From NCBI GenBank assembly GCA_017531925.1, contig JAFXKD010000048.1, positions 103 to 64,102 of the forward strand: a DNA stretch of 64,000 nucleotides, given 5' to 3'. Made by a program: the position numbers and the translations under genes. Below the pieces are notes generated by a model that saw nothing but the letters and a program-made list of their open reading frames with translations, ran no database searches and had not been told where the DNA came from. This document shows, one piece after another, positions 27,208 through 37,800 of the stretch. Position 1 is the first letter of the stretch. Every line of letters starts with the position of its first letter. Source of the stretch: Clostridia bacterium (GTDB lineage Bacteria > Bacillota > Clostridia > Oscillospirales > CAG-272).

Positions 27208-28239
27208 TCAAATCTTTTTTATAGTATGCGCCGCGGCGCGTATCATTCTGTTGTAAAGCGCAAGTCCAAGTCCGTCGAGAGGGGGAAGATGCGCGTAAAT
27301 CTTTTTTGCTCCGAGCTTGTCCGCTTCACGAAGCGACGTAAAGAGCTTTTTCGCCTGAGCCGGAAGATCGGTTCTTTTTCCTATGGGAACAGACAGGGAA
27401 GCATTAAGGAACGGAAGCTCCTCGTCGTAGCAGAGAACTGCGCATCCGTTTTTTTGCTCCTCCGTCATAAAGGAGAGTACTTCGCTTTCATTTCCTTCAA
27501 GAAGTACAAAATCTGCGCTTGGCGCGTAATGTCTGTATTTCATTCCCGGGGATAGCGGGCGCTCGTTTTCTGCGAGCTTATCCGTTACTGCCGGTGCGAT
27601 CTCTACATTCTCACAAACGCAGCAGAGCGCATCGTACGTGATCGCGCCGGGGCGAAGGAGTGTAAGGCTTTCGCCATCGACCTTGACTATCGTTGATTCA
27701 AGTCCGATCTCACATTCACCGCCGTCGATTATCATATCAACTCTGCCAAGCATATCTTCTTCGACATATTTCGCGCTCGTAGGCGAGGGACGTCCCGAGA
27801 TATTTGCGCTCGGTGCGGCGATAGGAACTCCGCAGCTCTTTATAAGAGCGTGCGCCACGGGATGGGAGGGACATCTTACGGCGACCGTATCAAGTCCACC
27901 TGTGACCGAGAGGGGAATGCAATCGCGCTTTGGCATGATCACCGTGAGAGGACCGGGCATAAACGCCTCGGCAAGTCGGTAATAAGCATCACTTACGAAT
28001 GCGTAATCTTCCGCATCCTTTGGGTCTGCTATGTGTATGATAAGCGGATTGTCGCTCGGTCTGCCCTTGGCGGTGTAGATCTTTTTTGCAGCATCTGCCA
28101 AAAGTGCGTTTCCGCCAAGGCCGTAAACCGTTTCGGTGGGGAACACCACCGTGCCCCCCGCAAGAATTATCTCAGAAGCCTCGGAGAGCTGTTCGCTATA
28201 TTCAGTTTCTTCGTTAATTCTTACTATCTTAGTGTCCAT
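27208..28239 (-). CDS. tsaC: L-threonylcarbamoyladenylate synthase (Sua5/YwlC/TsaC long form)
   Basis: ..GGTVVFPTETVYGLGGNA...KGRPSDNPLIIH.. YrdC domain plus a Sua5 C-terminal domain. Confidence 0.9.
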   Translation of the reverse strand: MDTKIVRINEETEYSEQLSEASEIILAGGTVVFPTETVYGLGGNALLADAAKKIYTAKGRPSDNPLIIHIADPKDAEDYAFVSDAYYRLAEAFMPGPLTVIMPKRDCIPLSVTGGLDTVAVRCPSHPVAHALIKSCGVPIAAPSANISGRPSPTSAKYVEEDMLGRVDMIIDGGECEIGLESTIVKVDGESLTLLRPGAITYDALCCVCENVEIAPAVTDKLAENERPLSPGMKYRHYAPSADFVLLEGNESEVLSFMTEEQKNGCAVLCYDEELPFLNASLSVPIGKRTDLPAQAKKLFTSLREADKLGAKKIYAHLPPLDGLGLALYNRMIRAAAHTIKKI

Positions 28240-28243
28240 TTTA

Positions 28244-29314
28244 TCAGTTCTGTGTTGAATTTTTCAGTTTTTCCGCCGTGTCAGCCGTGATAAGCGCATC
28301 GATCATTCCGTCGATATCGCCGTTTACGAAGCTTTCGAGCGAGTGGATGGTATAGCCTATCCTGTGATCGGTTATACGGCTTTGCGGATAGTTATAGGTC
28401 CTTATTTTTTCACTTCTCGCGCCCGTGCCTACCTGAAGCTTACGGTCGGAGGAGATCTTTTCGTCCTGCTCCTGCTGCTTGATGTCAAGAAGCTTTGTAC
28501 GGAGCATCTTCATAGCCTTGTCCTTGTTTTTGAGCTGGCTGCGCTCCTCCTGACACCATACCACAATTCCCGTGGGCTTATGATAGATACGGATTGCGGA
28601 TTCGGTCTTATTGATGTGCTGACCGCCCGCGCCCGAGGATTTGCAGGTCTCTACAACTATATCGGCAGGGTTTATCTCAACATCAACGTCCTCCGCCTCG
28701 GGAAGCACCGCAACGGTGACGGTCGAGGTCTGGATCCTGCCCTGAGATTCCGTTTCGGGAACTCTTTGAACTCTGTGAACTCCGCTTTCAAATTTGAAGC
28801 GGGAATATGCGCCCTCGCCCTCGACCATAAAGCATATCTCCTTATAGCCGCCAAGCTCGGTCTCGTTGCAGGATACAAGGCTCGTTTTAAAGTGCGTTTT
28901 ATCCGCGTACATTGAATACATACGGTAGAGAACACCCGCGAAAAGTGCCGCCTCCTCGCCGCCCGCGCCTGCGCGGATCTCGATGATAACGTTTTTGGAG
29001 TCGTTCGGGTCTTTGGGAAGGAGAAGGATCTTCAATTCCTCGAAAAGAGTTACGCTCTTTTCCTTGCAGATGGCGATCTCCTCCTGTATCATTTCCTTCA
29101 TATCGGGATCGACGTCCTCAAGCATCTCGAAGGCCTCGGAAAGCTCCTGCTCGTTCTTTTTGAATTCTCTGAACTTTGTGATAACGGGTGTCAGAGAGTT
29201 GAATTCTTTAATTCTTTTTGTGAATTCCGTAGGGTTTACCGCGATCTCGGGATCGTTCATCTCGCCCTCGAGCTGAACGTACCTATCCTCGGCATATTTA
29301 AGTTTATTAAGCAT
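28244..29314 (-). CDS. prfA: Peptide chain release factor 1
   Basis: PET tripeptide (..RVPETESQGRIQTS..; PxT class, canonical PAT/PVT) and GGQ (..SGAGGQHINKTESA..). Confidence 0.95.
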   Translation of the reverse strand: MLNKLKYAEDRYVQLEGEMNDPEIAVNPTEFTKRIKEFNSLTPVITKFREFKKNEQELSEAFEMLEDVDPDMKEMIQEEIAICKEKSVTLFEELKILLLPKDPNDSKNVIIEIRAGAGGEEAALFAGVLYRMYSMYADKTHFKTSLVSCNETELGGYKEICFMVEGEGAYSRFKFESGVHRVQRVPETESQGRIQTSTVTVAVLPEAEDVDVEINPADIVVETCKSSGAGGQHINKTESAIRIYHKPTGIVVWCQEERSQLKNKDKAMKMLRTKLLDIKQQEQDEKISSDRKLQVGTGARSEKIRTYNYPQSRITDHRIGYTIHSLESFVNGDIDGMIDALITADTAEKLKNSTQN

Positions 29315-29366
29315 TTGTATTAATGTCCTTTCTGTAAATCTCAGCTTTCAAGTTTGGACTTATATG

Positions 29367-30749
29367 CTAAAATTTGCAGAAGGCGCAGAATGCTCTGTAA
29401 GCCTCGTAAAGATCGACCTTTGAAATTACCTCGAAGGGAGCGTGCATAGCGATAACCGGTACGCCGAGGTCAACTACGTCTATATTGTGCATTGAGATAT
29501 ACTTTGCAACAGTTCCGCCGCCGCCGACGTCAACTCTGCCAAGCTCGCCCGCCTGCCAGATAACGCCGTACTCAGCCATAGCTCTGCGAACAAATCCGAT
29601 GAACTCCGCATGCGCGTCGTTTGTGCCGCCCTTACCGCGGGAGCCTGTATATTTTGTGAGAACCACGCCGCAGGAGAGAAGGGCGGAGTTCTTCTTTTCA
29701 TATACCTCTGCGAAGTTGGGATCGTATGCCGCGCTGACGTCTGCGGAGAGGCACTTGGAATTTGCTCTTACAACTCTGGGGTTAGATCCTCTTGCAAGTG
29801 CGATCTCGTCGATAAGATCCATCATAAAGTCGGACTGCATACCGGTGTTACCGTCGGAGCCCGTCTCTTCCTTATCTGCAAGGATGCACATAAGCGTATG
29901 CTCGCTGTCTGCAGAGTCGATGATCGCCTTAAGAGCGGGGTATGCGCAAACTCTGTCATCGTGACCGTAAGCGCCGATAAGAGAGCGGTCAAGACCGACG
30001 TCCCTTGCCTTCTGCGCGGGAACGATGGAAAGCTCGGCTGTGAGGAAGTCCTCCTCAACGATGCCGTACTTTTCGTTAAGTATCTTCATAGTATTGAGCT
30101 TAATTGCGTTATCTTCGTCACCGAGAGGTCTTGAGCCAACGAGAATGTTGAGCTTTTCGCCCTCAATTGCGGAGCCCAAGGGCTTTGTATTGTAATTTGC
30201 CGCAAGGTGGGGAAGGAGGTCGTTGATGTAGAGAACGGGATCGTTGTCGTCCTCGCCGATAACAACGTTAACGCTCGTGCCGTCCGCCTTGATGACCACT
30301 CCGTGAAGAGCCAAGGGGATCGCGAGCCACTGATATTTGCGGATTCCACCGTAATAGTGGGTCTTGAGGAAGCTCATACCCTCGTCCTCGTAAAGCGGAA
30401 CGGGCTTGATATCGATCCTTGGGGAATCGATATGTGCAGCGCTTATACGGATACCGTTTTCAAGATCCTCGCTTCCAATTGTGAAAAGGAAGAGGTTTTT
30501 ACCTCTGTTATTGTAGTAAAGCTTATCGCCAACGCTTAATTTGTCACCGAGCTTATAGGGCTTGAAGCCTGCAGCCTCAGCGATAACGATGGCAGCATCA
30601 ACCGCCTCACGCTCTGTTTTGGCATCGTCGAGATATTTCATATAGTCAACCGCAAAATCGTATGCGGCATCGATAGCCTTTTCGTCGGCTTTTTCGTAAA
30701 CGCTCTGCTTTTTATAAAAAAGCTGTTCTTTAAGTTCTTTTGTTTCCAT
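29367..30749 (-). CDS. M18-family aminopeptidase
   Basis: 460 aa. ..AAHIDSPRIDIKP.., ..DKEETGSDG.., ..GGGGTVAKY.., ..PVIAMHAP.. motifs of aspartyl-aminopeptidase-like enzymes. Confidence 0.82.
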   Translation of the reverse strand: METKELKEQLFYKKQSVYEKADEKAIDAAYDFAVDYMKYLDDAKTEREAVDAAIVIAEAAGFKPYKLGDKLSVGDKLYYNNRGKNLFLFTIGSEDLENGIRISAAHIDSPRIDIKPVPLYEDEGMSFLKTHYYGGIRKYQWLAIPLALHGVVIKADGTSVNVVIGEDDNDPVLYINDLLPHLAANYNTKPLGSAIEGEKLNILVGSRPLGDEDNAIKLNTMKILNEKYGIVEEDFLTAELSIVPAQKARDVGLDRSLIGAYGHDDRVCAYPALKAIIDSADSEHTLMCILADKEETGSDGNTGMQSDFMMDLIDEIALARGSNPRVVRANSKCLSADVSAAYDPNFAEVYEKKNSALLSCGVVLTKYTGSRGKGGTNDAHAEFIGFVRRAMAEYGVIWQAGELGRVDVGGGGTVAKYISMHNIDVVDLGVPVIAMHAPFEVISKVDLYEAYRAFCAFCKF

Positions 30750-30774
30750 GGTTTTATATTCCTTTCAATTGTTT

Positions 30775-31338
30775 TTACTTGTATAGCTCCTTGTATTTCT
30801 CCCAATGGTGAAGCACCTTTTTGACGTAATTCCTCGTTTCCTTGACAGGAATTTCGGTATAATCGCCGTCCTCATATCCGTTTTCCTCAATATAATTTTG
30901 CAGCCGTCCTTCGCCCCAGTTGTATGCGACGAGCGCTTTTTCCCAGGTCCCGAATTTTGAATACAGATATTGCAGATAATACGTTCCGTATTTGATATTT
31001 ACCTCGGGCTCGTAAAGGGCTGATGTAAATGCGATCTCGCCGTTGATCTCCGCAAGCCACTCGTAGGTTGAGGGCATGAGCTGCATAAGACCCATAGCTC
31101 CGGCAGAGCTTTTTGCCCGTCTGTCAAAATCGCTTTCTACCTTGATAACGGCAAAGATCAGATGATGGGGAACATTGTATTCCTCGGAATACTTCATTAC
31201 TGTATCGTAATAATCCTCGGGATAGATAAGACGCTCTATTCCGCTGAAAAGCGCGTTGAGGAGCAGCCCGAGAGCTATTGCGACTATCAGAATCGAGAGA
31301 ACGGATTTTGAATCGTAGATCTTTCTTATCGTGATCAA
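30775..31338 (-). CDS. Lytic transglycosylase (SLT domain), membrane anchored
   Basis: N-terminal TM, ..IKVESDFDRRAKSSAGAMGLMQLMPST.. catalytic Glu motif and ..AYNWGEG... Overlaps the coaE stop by 4 nt. Confidence 0.82.
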   Translation of the reverse strand: MITIRKIYDSKSVLSILIVAIALGLLLNALFSGIERLIYPEDYYDTVMKYSEEYNVPHHLIFAVIKVESDFDRRAKSSAGAMGLMQLMPSTYEWLAEINGEIAFTSALYEPEVNIKYGTYYLQYLYSKFGTWEKALVAYNWGEGRLQNYIEENGYEDGDYTEIPVKETRNYVKKVLHHWEKYKELYK

Positions 31339-31946
31339 TAGTGGATACCTTCTTGGTCAAGAATCGATAAAAGCTGCTCGCACATTTCGCCCTGCGTTCC
31401 CGAATTCGTTATGTAGTAATCGGAATTTTCGATAAAAAATTCGTCGCTGGGCTGAGAATTTATTCTTGCCAATGCCATCTCACGTGAAATGCCGTCACGT
31501 TTGGTTATTCTTTCTATTCTGGTTTCTTTGTCGCACAGAACGGAAAGTATAAAGTCGCAGGCACCTATAAAGATCTTTGATGAGAAAAGGGCAGGTGCGT
31601 CTATTACAGCGACGGATTTACCCTTGTTCTGATGCTCGGTGAGGATGGCGTTTACCTCGTCCCAAACGTATTTGTGAGCAGTTGAATTAAGTTTTGCCAA
31701 ATTTTCGGCAGAGCCTTCTTTTGTGAAGACCAAGGTCGCGAGCGCGCTCCTGTTGAGGGAGCCGTCTTCATTAATTATCGAATCTCCAAATTTTTCACAA
31801 AGCTCATTTAAGCAGGGAGAAGGGTAGCTGACTAATTTATGATAAATAACGTCGGTGTCAATACAAGGTATGCCAAGCTCTTCAAATTTTGAGCAAAGGG
31901 TGCTTTTTCCCGCACCGCTTGGCCCGGTAAGTCCTATAATTTTCAT
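31335..31946 (-). CDS. coaE: Dephospho-CoA kinase
   Basis: MKIIGLTGPSGAGKSTL.. P-loop, ~200 aa, typical CoaE layout. Confidence 0.9.
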   Translation of the reverse strand: MKIIGLTGPSGAGKSTLCSKFEELGIPCIDTDVIYHKLVSYPSPCLNELCEKFGDSIINEDGSLNRSALATLVFTKEGSAENLAKLNSTAHKYVWDEVNAILTEHQNKGKSVAVIDAPALFSSKIFIGACDFILSVLCDKETRIERITKRDGISREMALARINSQPSDEFFIENSDYYITNSGTQGEMCEQLLSILDQEGIHY

Positions 31947-32132
31947 TCTTACCTCCGTATTTCGAATTTGGACTATAAAAAGTCATTTTATATTATACCT
32001 CAAAAATTTAAAATATGCAAGTAATTTCGGTCATATTTTTATAATAATATATAATAATTTTATAAAATTGCATTGAAAAGTGCGGGTCTTTGTGTTATGA
32101 TAGACTTAATAAGTAAAATAGGGGAAGTATGT

Positions 32133-32819
32133 ATGAAATACGAATTTTTGCTTTTTGACGCGGATCACACGCTTTTTGATTTTAAAACGGGAGAATATTT
32201 TGCTCTGAAGGAGGCTCTCGAGGAGCTTTCTCTTCCAAGCTCGGATCATTACATTGAGCGATACAGCGAGATTAACGTTAAGTATTGGAAGATGCTTGAG
32301 CGCGGCGAGATCGACAAAAAGAGCCTTATGCTTGCCCGTTTCGTTGAGTTTGCGCGTGAGTTTGGATTTGAGGCGAAGGCTCAGGCTCTTTCCGATCTTT
32401 ATATGAGAAATCTTTCCCGTCAGGCTCAGCTTTTTGACGGTGCGCTTGAGCTTATTGAAAGGCTTTCGCACGATCACAGGCTATTTATCATAACCAACGG
32501 TGTTAAAAGCACGCAGGACGGCAGATTCGGGCTATCTTCCATAACGAAGTATTTTGAGAAGATATTTATATCCGAGGAGATCGGAGCGGAGAAGCCGAGT
32601 CTTGATTTTTTTGATGCGGTCATGAATAGTATTGAGGGCTTTGAAAGATCAAGGGCCATCGTTATCGGTGACTCTCTTTCAAGTGACATAAAGGGTGCTG
32701 TTAATGCGAAGATCGATTGCATCTGGTACAATCCCGAAAAGAAAAATGCGCCTGCGGATCTGGATATCACGTACACCGCGAGCAGCTTTGAGGAGATCTT
32801 GAATATACTTGATAATTGA
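32133..32819 (+). CDS. HAD-superfamily hydrolase (YjjG-like nucleotidase subfamily IA)
   Basis: MKYEFLLFDADHTLFDF.. motif I, ..ITNG.. motif II, ..IGDSLSSDI.. motif IV. Start trimmed to ATG 32133 after GGGGAAG. Confidence 0.8.
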   Translation: MKYEFLLFDADHTLFDFKTGEYFALKEALEELSLPSSDHYIERYSEINVKYWKMLERGEIDKKSLMLARFVEFAREFGFEAKAQALSDLYMRNLSRQAQLFDGALELIERLSHDHRLFIITNGVKSTQDGRFGLSSITKYFEKIFISEEIGAEKPSLDFFDAVMNSIEGFERSRAIVIGDSLSSDIKGAVNAKIDCIWYNPEKKNAPADLDITYTASSFEEILNILDN

Positions 32820-32828
32820 GGATTTATC

Positions 32829-33728
32829 TTGAAAGATTTAGTTGTTTTTTTGAAGGAAAATGGAATAAGCTTTGAGGAAAACGTTGACGGAAAAAGGCTT
32901 TGCTCATTTCGTGTGGGCGGTTGTGTCAAAATAGTCGCAAAGCCCCAAAGCTCCTTGCAGGTCAAGGCTTTGCTTGACTATCTTGACGCGAGTGGAATGA
33001 AAAACAAGGTGCTTGGAAGAGGCTCTGACACGGTCATTTCCGACGAAGGCTTCGACGGCGCTTTAGTGCTTCTCACTGAGCTTAAAGGAATAAAGGTTGA
33101 CGGGGATATGCTCAGCGCAGGTGCGGGCGAATCCTTAGCATCCGTCGCAAGCTTTGCGTGTTCACAGTGCCTCGCAGGTCTTGAGTTTGCGCATGGAATT
33201 CCCGGAAGCGTTGGGGGAGCGGTCTATATGAACGCAGGGGCTTACGGCGGTGAGATATCGGATGTTATCGTTAGCTGCGAATGCTATGACAGAAGGTCTA
33301 AAAGCATTGTGGTTCTTGATAAATTTGACCTCGGATTATCCTATAGACATAGTGTTTTGCAAGATAAGGGTGAGCTTGTGGTCCTTAGCGTTCTTTTTAA
33401 ACTCAGCAATGGTGAGAAAACCGAGATAAGAGAGAGAATGGACGAATACAAGTCGAAAAGACTTGCGAGTCAGCCCCTTGAGTATCCGAGCGCGGGATCT
33501 GCCTTCAAGCGTCCGCAGGGTCATTTTGCCGCAAAGCTTATCGACGATGCGGGACTTAAAGGCTATACAGTCGGAGGCGCACAGGTGAGCGAAAAGCACG
33601 CGGGCTTTATTATAAATCGCGGCGGTGCCACGGCGGACGATATTAAAGATCTTGTTTCGTATATACAAATGACGGTCAAGGAAAAATTTGACGTTTCTCT
33701 TGAGCCGGAGATAGAATTTTTGGAGTAA
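32829..33728 (+). CDS. murB: UDP-N-acetylenolpyruvoylglucosamine reductase
   Basis: FAD-binding ..FRVGGCVK..LGRGSDTV.., ..GIPGSVGGAVYMNAGAYG.., ..PSAGSAFKRP... TTG start with GAGGA RBS. Confidence 0.92.
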   Translation: MKDLVVFLKENGISFEENVDGKRLCSFRVGGCVKIVAKPQSSLQVKALLDYLDASGMKNKVLGRGSDTVISDEGFDGALVLLTELKGIKVDGDMLSAGAGESLASVASFACSQCLAGLEFAHGIPGSVGGAVYMNAGAYGGEISDVIVSCECYDRRSKSIVVLDKFDLGLSYRHSVLQDKGELVVLSVLFKLSNGEKTEIRERMDEYKSKRLASQPLEYPSAGSAFKRPQGHFAAKLIDDAGLKGYTVGGAQVSEKHAGFIINRGGATADDIKDLVSYIQMTVKEKFDVSLEPEIEFLE

Positions 33729-33730
33729 AA

Positions 33731-34627
33731 ATGAGCTTTTCAGAGGATATAAAAAAAGATTTCACGGCGGAGATCCCGCATAAGACCTGTTGCAGGCGCG
33801 CGCTTGCCTACGGCATGCTTTTTGATGCCAATATTGAGGGAGACAGAGTATTCGTTGACGTAACAGATCCCGCTTATGCGGAGTTTTACAGGTCGGTATT
33901 TGAGCGCCAGTTTTCAAAACAGGTGAATATAGTTCCCGTTAAAAAGGCGGGCAGGGAGCATTACAGAGTGGAATTTACATTCGGCTCTGTTGCCAAAAGG
34001 ATATCCGCGCTTGATAAGGATGGCGCGGCTATGGAGGATTATATTGAATTCAAGTGTAATTTCTGCAGAATGAGCTTTCTTCGCGGTATATTTCTTTCGC
34101 GCGGAAGCCTGACCTTTTCTGCAGGCAACAATCATCTTGAATACAGAATACAGCATCCCGGCAGAGCTAAGCTTTACGCGGAATTTTTAACTGCGTGCGG
34201 CATTGCGCCCAAGATAATCAACCGCAAGAATGCTGTGGGGCTTTACTACAAAAAGGCGGACAGAATTGAGGATATATTAAATCTTTTGCAGGCAAATAAC
34301 GCGTTTTTTGAGGTGATGAACCGCCGTATCGAGCGCGACATAATTATGCAGGAGAACCGCGCGGTGAACTGCGAGTCCGTTAACATTATGAAGAGTGTTG
34401 CGACCGCTCAAAAGCAGCTGCGCGCGATTGAGATCATTGAAAATGCGGGCTTGCTTGACAAGATAGGGCACGAGCTGACCGAGAGCGCAAAACTAAGGCT
34501 TGAGCATCACTCGTCATCCCTCTCGGAGCTTGCCGCAATGCACGAGCCGCCTATAACGAAATCTACGTTAAATAATCGCTTCGCCAAGATTATGAAAATG
34601 GCGGAGAATATTGCAAGCAAGAAATAG
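33731..34627 (+). CDS. whiA: DNA-binding sporulation/cell-division regulator WhiA
   Basis: N-terminus ..KTCCRRALAYGMLF.., LAGLIDADG-like middle domain ..FLRGIFLSRGS.., C-terminal HTH ..SSSLSELAAMHEPPITKSTLNNRF... Confidence 0.9.
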   Translation: MSFSEDIKKDFTAEIPHKTCCRRALAYGMLFDANIEGDRVFVDVTDPAYAEFYRSVFERQFSKQVNIVPVKKAGREHYRVEFTFGSVAKRISALDKDGAAMEDYIEFKCNFCRMSFLRGIFLSRGSLTFSAGNNHLEYRIQHPGRAKLYAEFLTACGIAPKIINRKNAVGLYYKKADRIEDILNLLQANNAFFEVMNRRIERDIIMQENRAVNCESVNIMKSVATAQKQLRAIEIIENAGLLDKIGHELTESAKLRLEHHSSSLSELAAMHEPPITKSTLNNRFAKIMKMAENIASKK

Positions 34628-34711
34628 AGAATTGAAGCTATAATACAAGAGTTTGATTCCATATTTGCAGAGTTTGGAGCATCAATCTTTTGATACCAAA
34701 TCTTATTAGCC

Positions 34712-34820
34712 GCTTTTCTTTGAGCAAAGAAGCGCAAAGAAAAGCTAACAAAAGAAACGCTGAATAGCTCAAGCCGCGCGGCTCTGCTACGCGCAGGGCG
34801 GTCGCTTTTGAAAAAGCGAC
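34712..34820. repeat. Cluster of perfect hairpins/palindromes in the whiA-dnaE spacer
   Basis: gcttttctttg-(12 nt)-caaagaaaagc at 34712..34745; palindrome agccgcgcggct at 34772..34783; gtcgctttt-ga-aaaagcgac at 34801..34820. Confidence 0.6.
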
Positions 34821-34868
34821 GCAAAACAATAGCTTGGCTTGTGCTGATTTTTGTGAAAGGAGAACGCT

Positions 34869-37800
34869 ATGGGCGAATTTGTACATTTACACTTGCACAG
34901 TGAATACAGCTTGCTTGACGGCGCGTGCCGTGTGCGTGATATACCGAAGCGCGCCAAGGAATGCGGTCATACCGCGGTGGCTCTTACCGACCACGGCGTT
35001 CTTTTCGGTGTGCCCGCGTTTATTTCCGCGTGCAAAAAAGAGGGGATAAAGCCAATTGTCGGTTGCGAGGTTTACGTTGCGCCGCGTTCAAGATTTGAAA
35101 AAAACAGCGGTAACGGTCAGCCCTATCATCTCGTTTTGCTTTGCAAGAATGAAACGGGATATAAGAATCTTTTGAAGATGGTGAGCGCCGCTTATACTGA
35201 GGGATTTTACTCGAAGCCGAGAGTTGACAGTGAGCTTTTGCGCCGCTACAGTGAGGGACTTATCGCGCTCTCCGCCTGCCTTGCGGGACGGGTTTCAAGA
35301 AGTCTTACCGCGGGTGATTACGATGCGGCAAAGAGGGCGGCTCTTGAATATTCCGATATATTCGGAAAGGATAATTTTTATATTGAGATTCAAAACCACG
35401 GCATTGAGGAGCAAAGGCAGATACTCCCCGAGCTTGTGCGCTTGTCGGAGGAATGCGATATACCTTTGGTCGCGACAAACGACTGCCATTATCTGCGCCG
35501 TCGAGATGCGGACACTCAGGCGATACTTATGTGCATCCAGATGAACAAATGTATTACTGAGGGTCGCCCCATGGGCTTTGAGACCGACGAATTTTACTAT
35601 AAGGACACTAATGAGATGAGGCTCCTTTTCGGAAAATACGAGGGAGCTATTGAAAATACGGTAAAAATTGCGGAAAGGTGCAATTTTGAAATTGAGGATA
35701 GGGGAGTGATCCTGCCAAAATACCCAACTCCCAACGGAATGGAGGCTTGTGACTATCTGCGCTCGCTCGTGCTTTCCGGACTTGAAGGACGGGAGAGCAG
35801 CGGCGCGATAGCTTATAAGGATCACAGCAAGAAAGAGTATCTTGATAGAATTGAGTACGAGCTTTCCGTGATCCAAAATATGGGATATTGCGATTATTTC
35901 CTGATAGTTTGGGATTACGTCGCTTTTGCGCGCTCCAAGGGAATTCCTGTAGGTCCCGGAAGGGGCTCCGGTGCGGGAAGCCTTGTGGCGTATCTTCTGA
36001 GGATAACCGATATTGATCCTATTGAGTTTGATCTTCTTTTTGAAAGATTTTTAAATCCCGAGCGCATTTCGATGCCAGATATCGATATGGATTTCTGCTA
36101 CAACAGAAGGGATGAGATAATCGAATACGTTAAGGAAAAGTACGGCTCGGATCACGTTTCGCAGATCGCTACCTTCGGTACACTTGCGGCTAAGGCGGCA
36201 ATAAGAGACACGGGACGTGCTATGGGTATGAGCTACGGTGACGTGGATGCTATCGCCACCAAAATACCGCGCTCTCTCGGTATCACCCTTGAGGATGCGC
36301 TTCTTGATCCCGATTTTAAGGCAAAATACAACGAGAGCGAGGAAAACCGAACGCTTATCGATACTGCGATCGCACTTGAGGGAATGCCGCGAAACGTGAG
36401 CATACACGCCGCGGGCATAGTGATTACGGACGAGCCTCTGTGCGAGTACGTCCTCTTGCTCTTAGTAACGGAGCGGTGATAACTCAGTACGATATGGATG
36501 CCGTTGCCGAGCTCGGACTTTTAAAATTTGACTTTCTTGCGCTTCGCTATCTGACTATAATCAACGATGCGGCAGAGCAGATAAAAGAAAGAGAATCCGA
36601 TTTTGATATAGAGCGGATACCGCTTGACGATGCCGCCACCTACGAGCTGATATCATCGGGAATGACGGAGGGAGTTTTCCAGCTTGAAAGTGCGGGAATG
36701 AGGCAATTCCTTGCGCAGATGAAGCCAAAGACTCTTGAGGATATCATAATTGCGATATCCCTCTACCGTCCGGGTCCGATGGACTCGATACCGCATTATC
36801 TTGAATGCCGAGAGGATCCTTCAAAGATAGAATATCCCTTGCCGATGCTTGAGGAGATTTTGAAAAGCACCTCGGGAGTGGTGGTATATCAGGAGCAGGT
36901 GATGAGTATATTCCGCACGGTTGCGGGATACAGCTTCGGTCATGCCGATATCGTGCGCCGTGCTATGTCAAAAAAGAAGCACGACGTACTTGAAGCCGAG
37001 AGGGGCGCGTTTATCTCGGGAGCTTTGGAGCGCGGAATTGAGGCAAAGGCTGCTCAAAAGCTTTTTGACGATATGATAAGCTTTGCAAATTATGCCTTTA
37101 ACAAGAGCCACGCCGCCGCTTATTCGATAATCTCATACAGAACGGCTTATCTTAAGGCGCATTATCCGAGGGAGTATTTTGCGGCGCTGCTTACGTCGGT
37201 CCTTGGCAATATGCCAAAGATCGCAGAGTATATTTCGGATCTTTCAAAGCTCGGTATAGGCGTTCTTCCGCCCGATATCAACAAGAGCGAGATGTATTTC
37301 CACGTCAGTGAGAATAATATCCGATTTGGCCTTCTGGCTATTAAAAACGTTGGTCAGAGCTTCGTTGCAAACGCGATAACGGAAAGAAAGAGAAGAGAAT
37401 TTTCATCATTTGATGATTTCGTTCAGCGAATGAGCGACTATGAGATAAACAAGCGGCAGGTGGAATCCCTCATTAAGAGCGGAGCGATGGATCACCTTGG
37501 AAACAGGCGCTCGCAGCTGCTTGCGAGCTACGAAACGATGATCGACGGTGCGACGAGCAAAAAGGGAAGCAATATTGCAGGTCAGCTTGACTTTTTCTCA
37601 ATGGCTCAGGGTATTTCTGCGGGTCTGGAGTTCAAATATCCCGATCTGCCCGAGCTTTCGCTTTCATTGAAGCTTGCGCAGGAAAAGGAAGCTACGGGGC
37701 TGTACTTTTCGGGGCATCCGCTTGATTCTTACAGAGAGCATACCGATGCTTTGGAGCATCGCGAGATAGTATCCCTTGGCGCTGAGGACGCGGGCGATAG

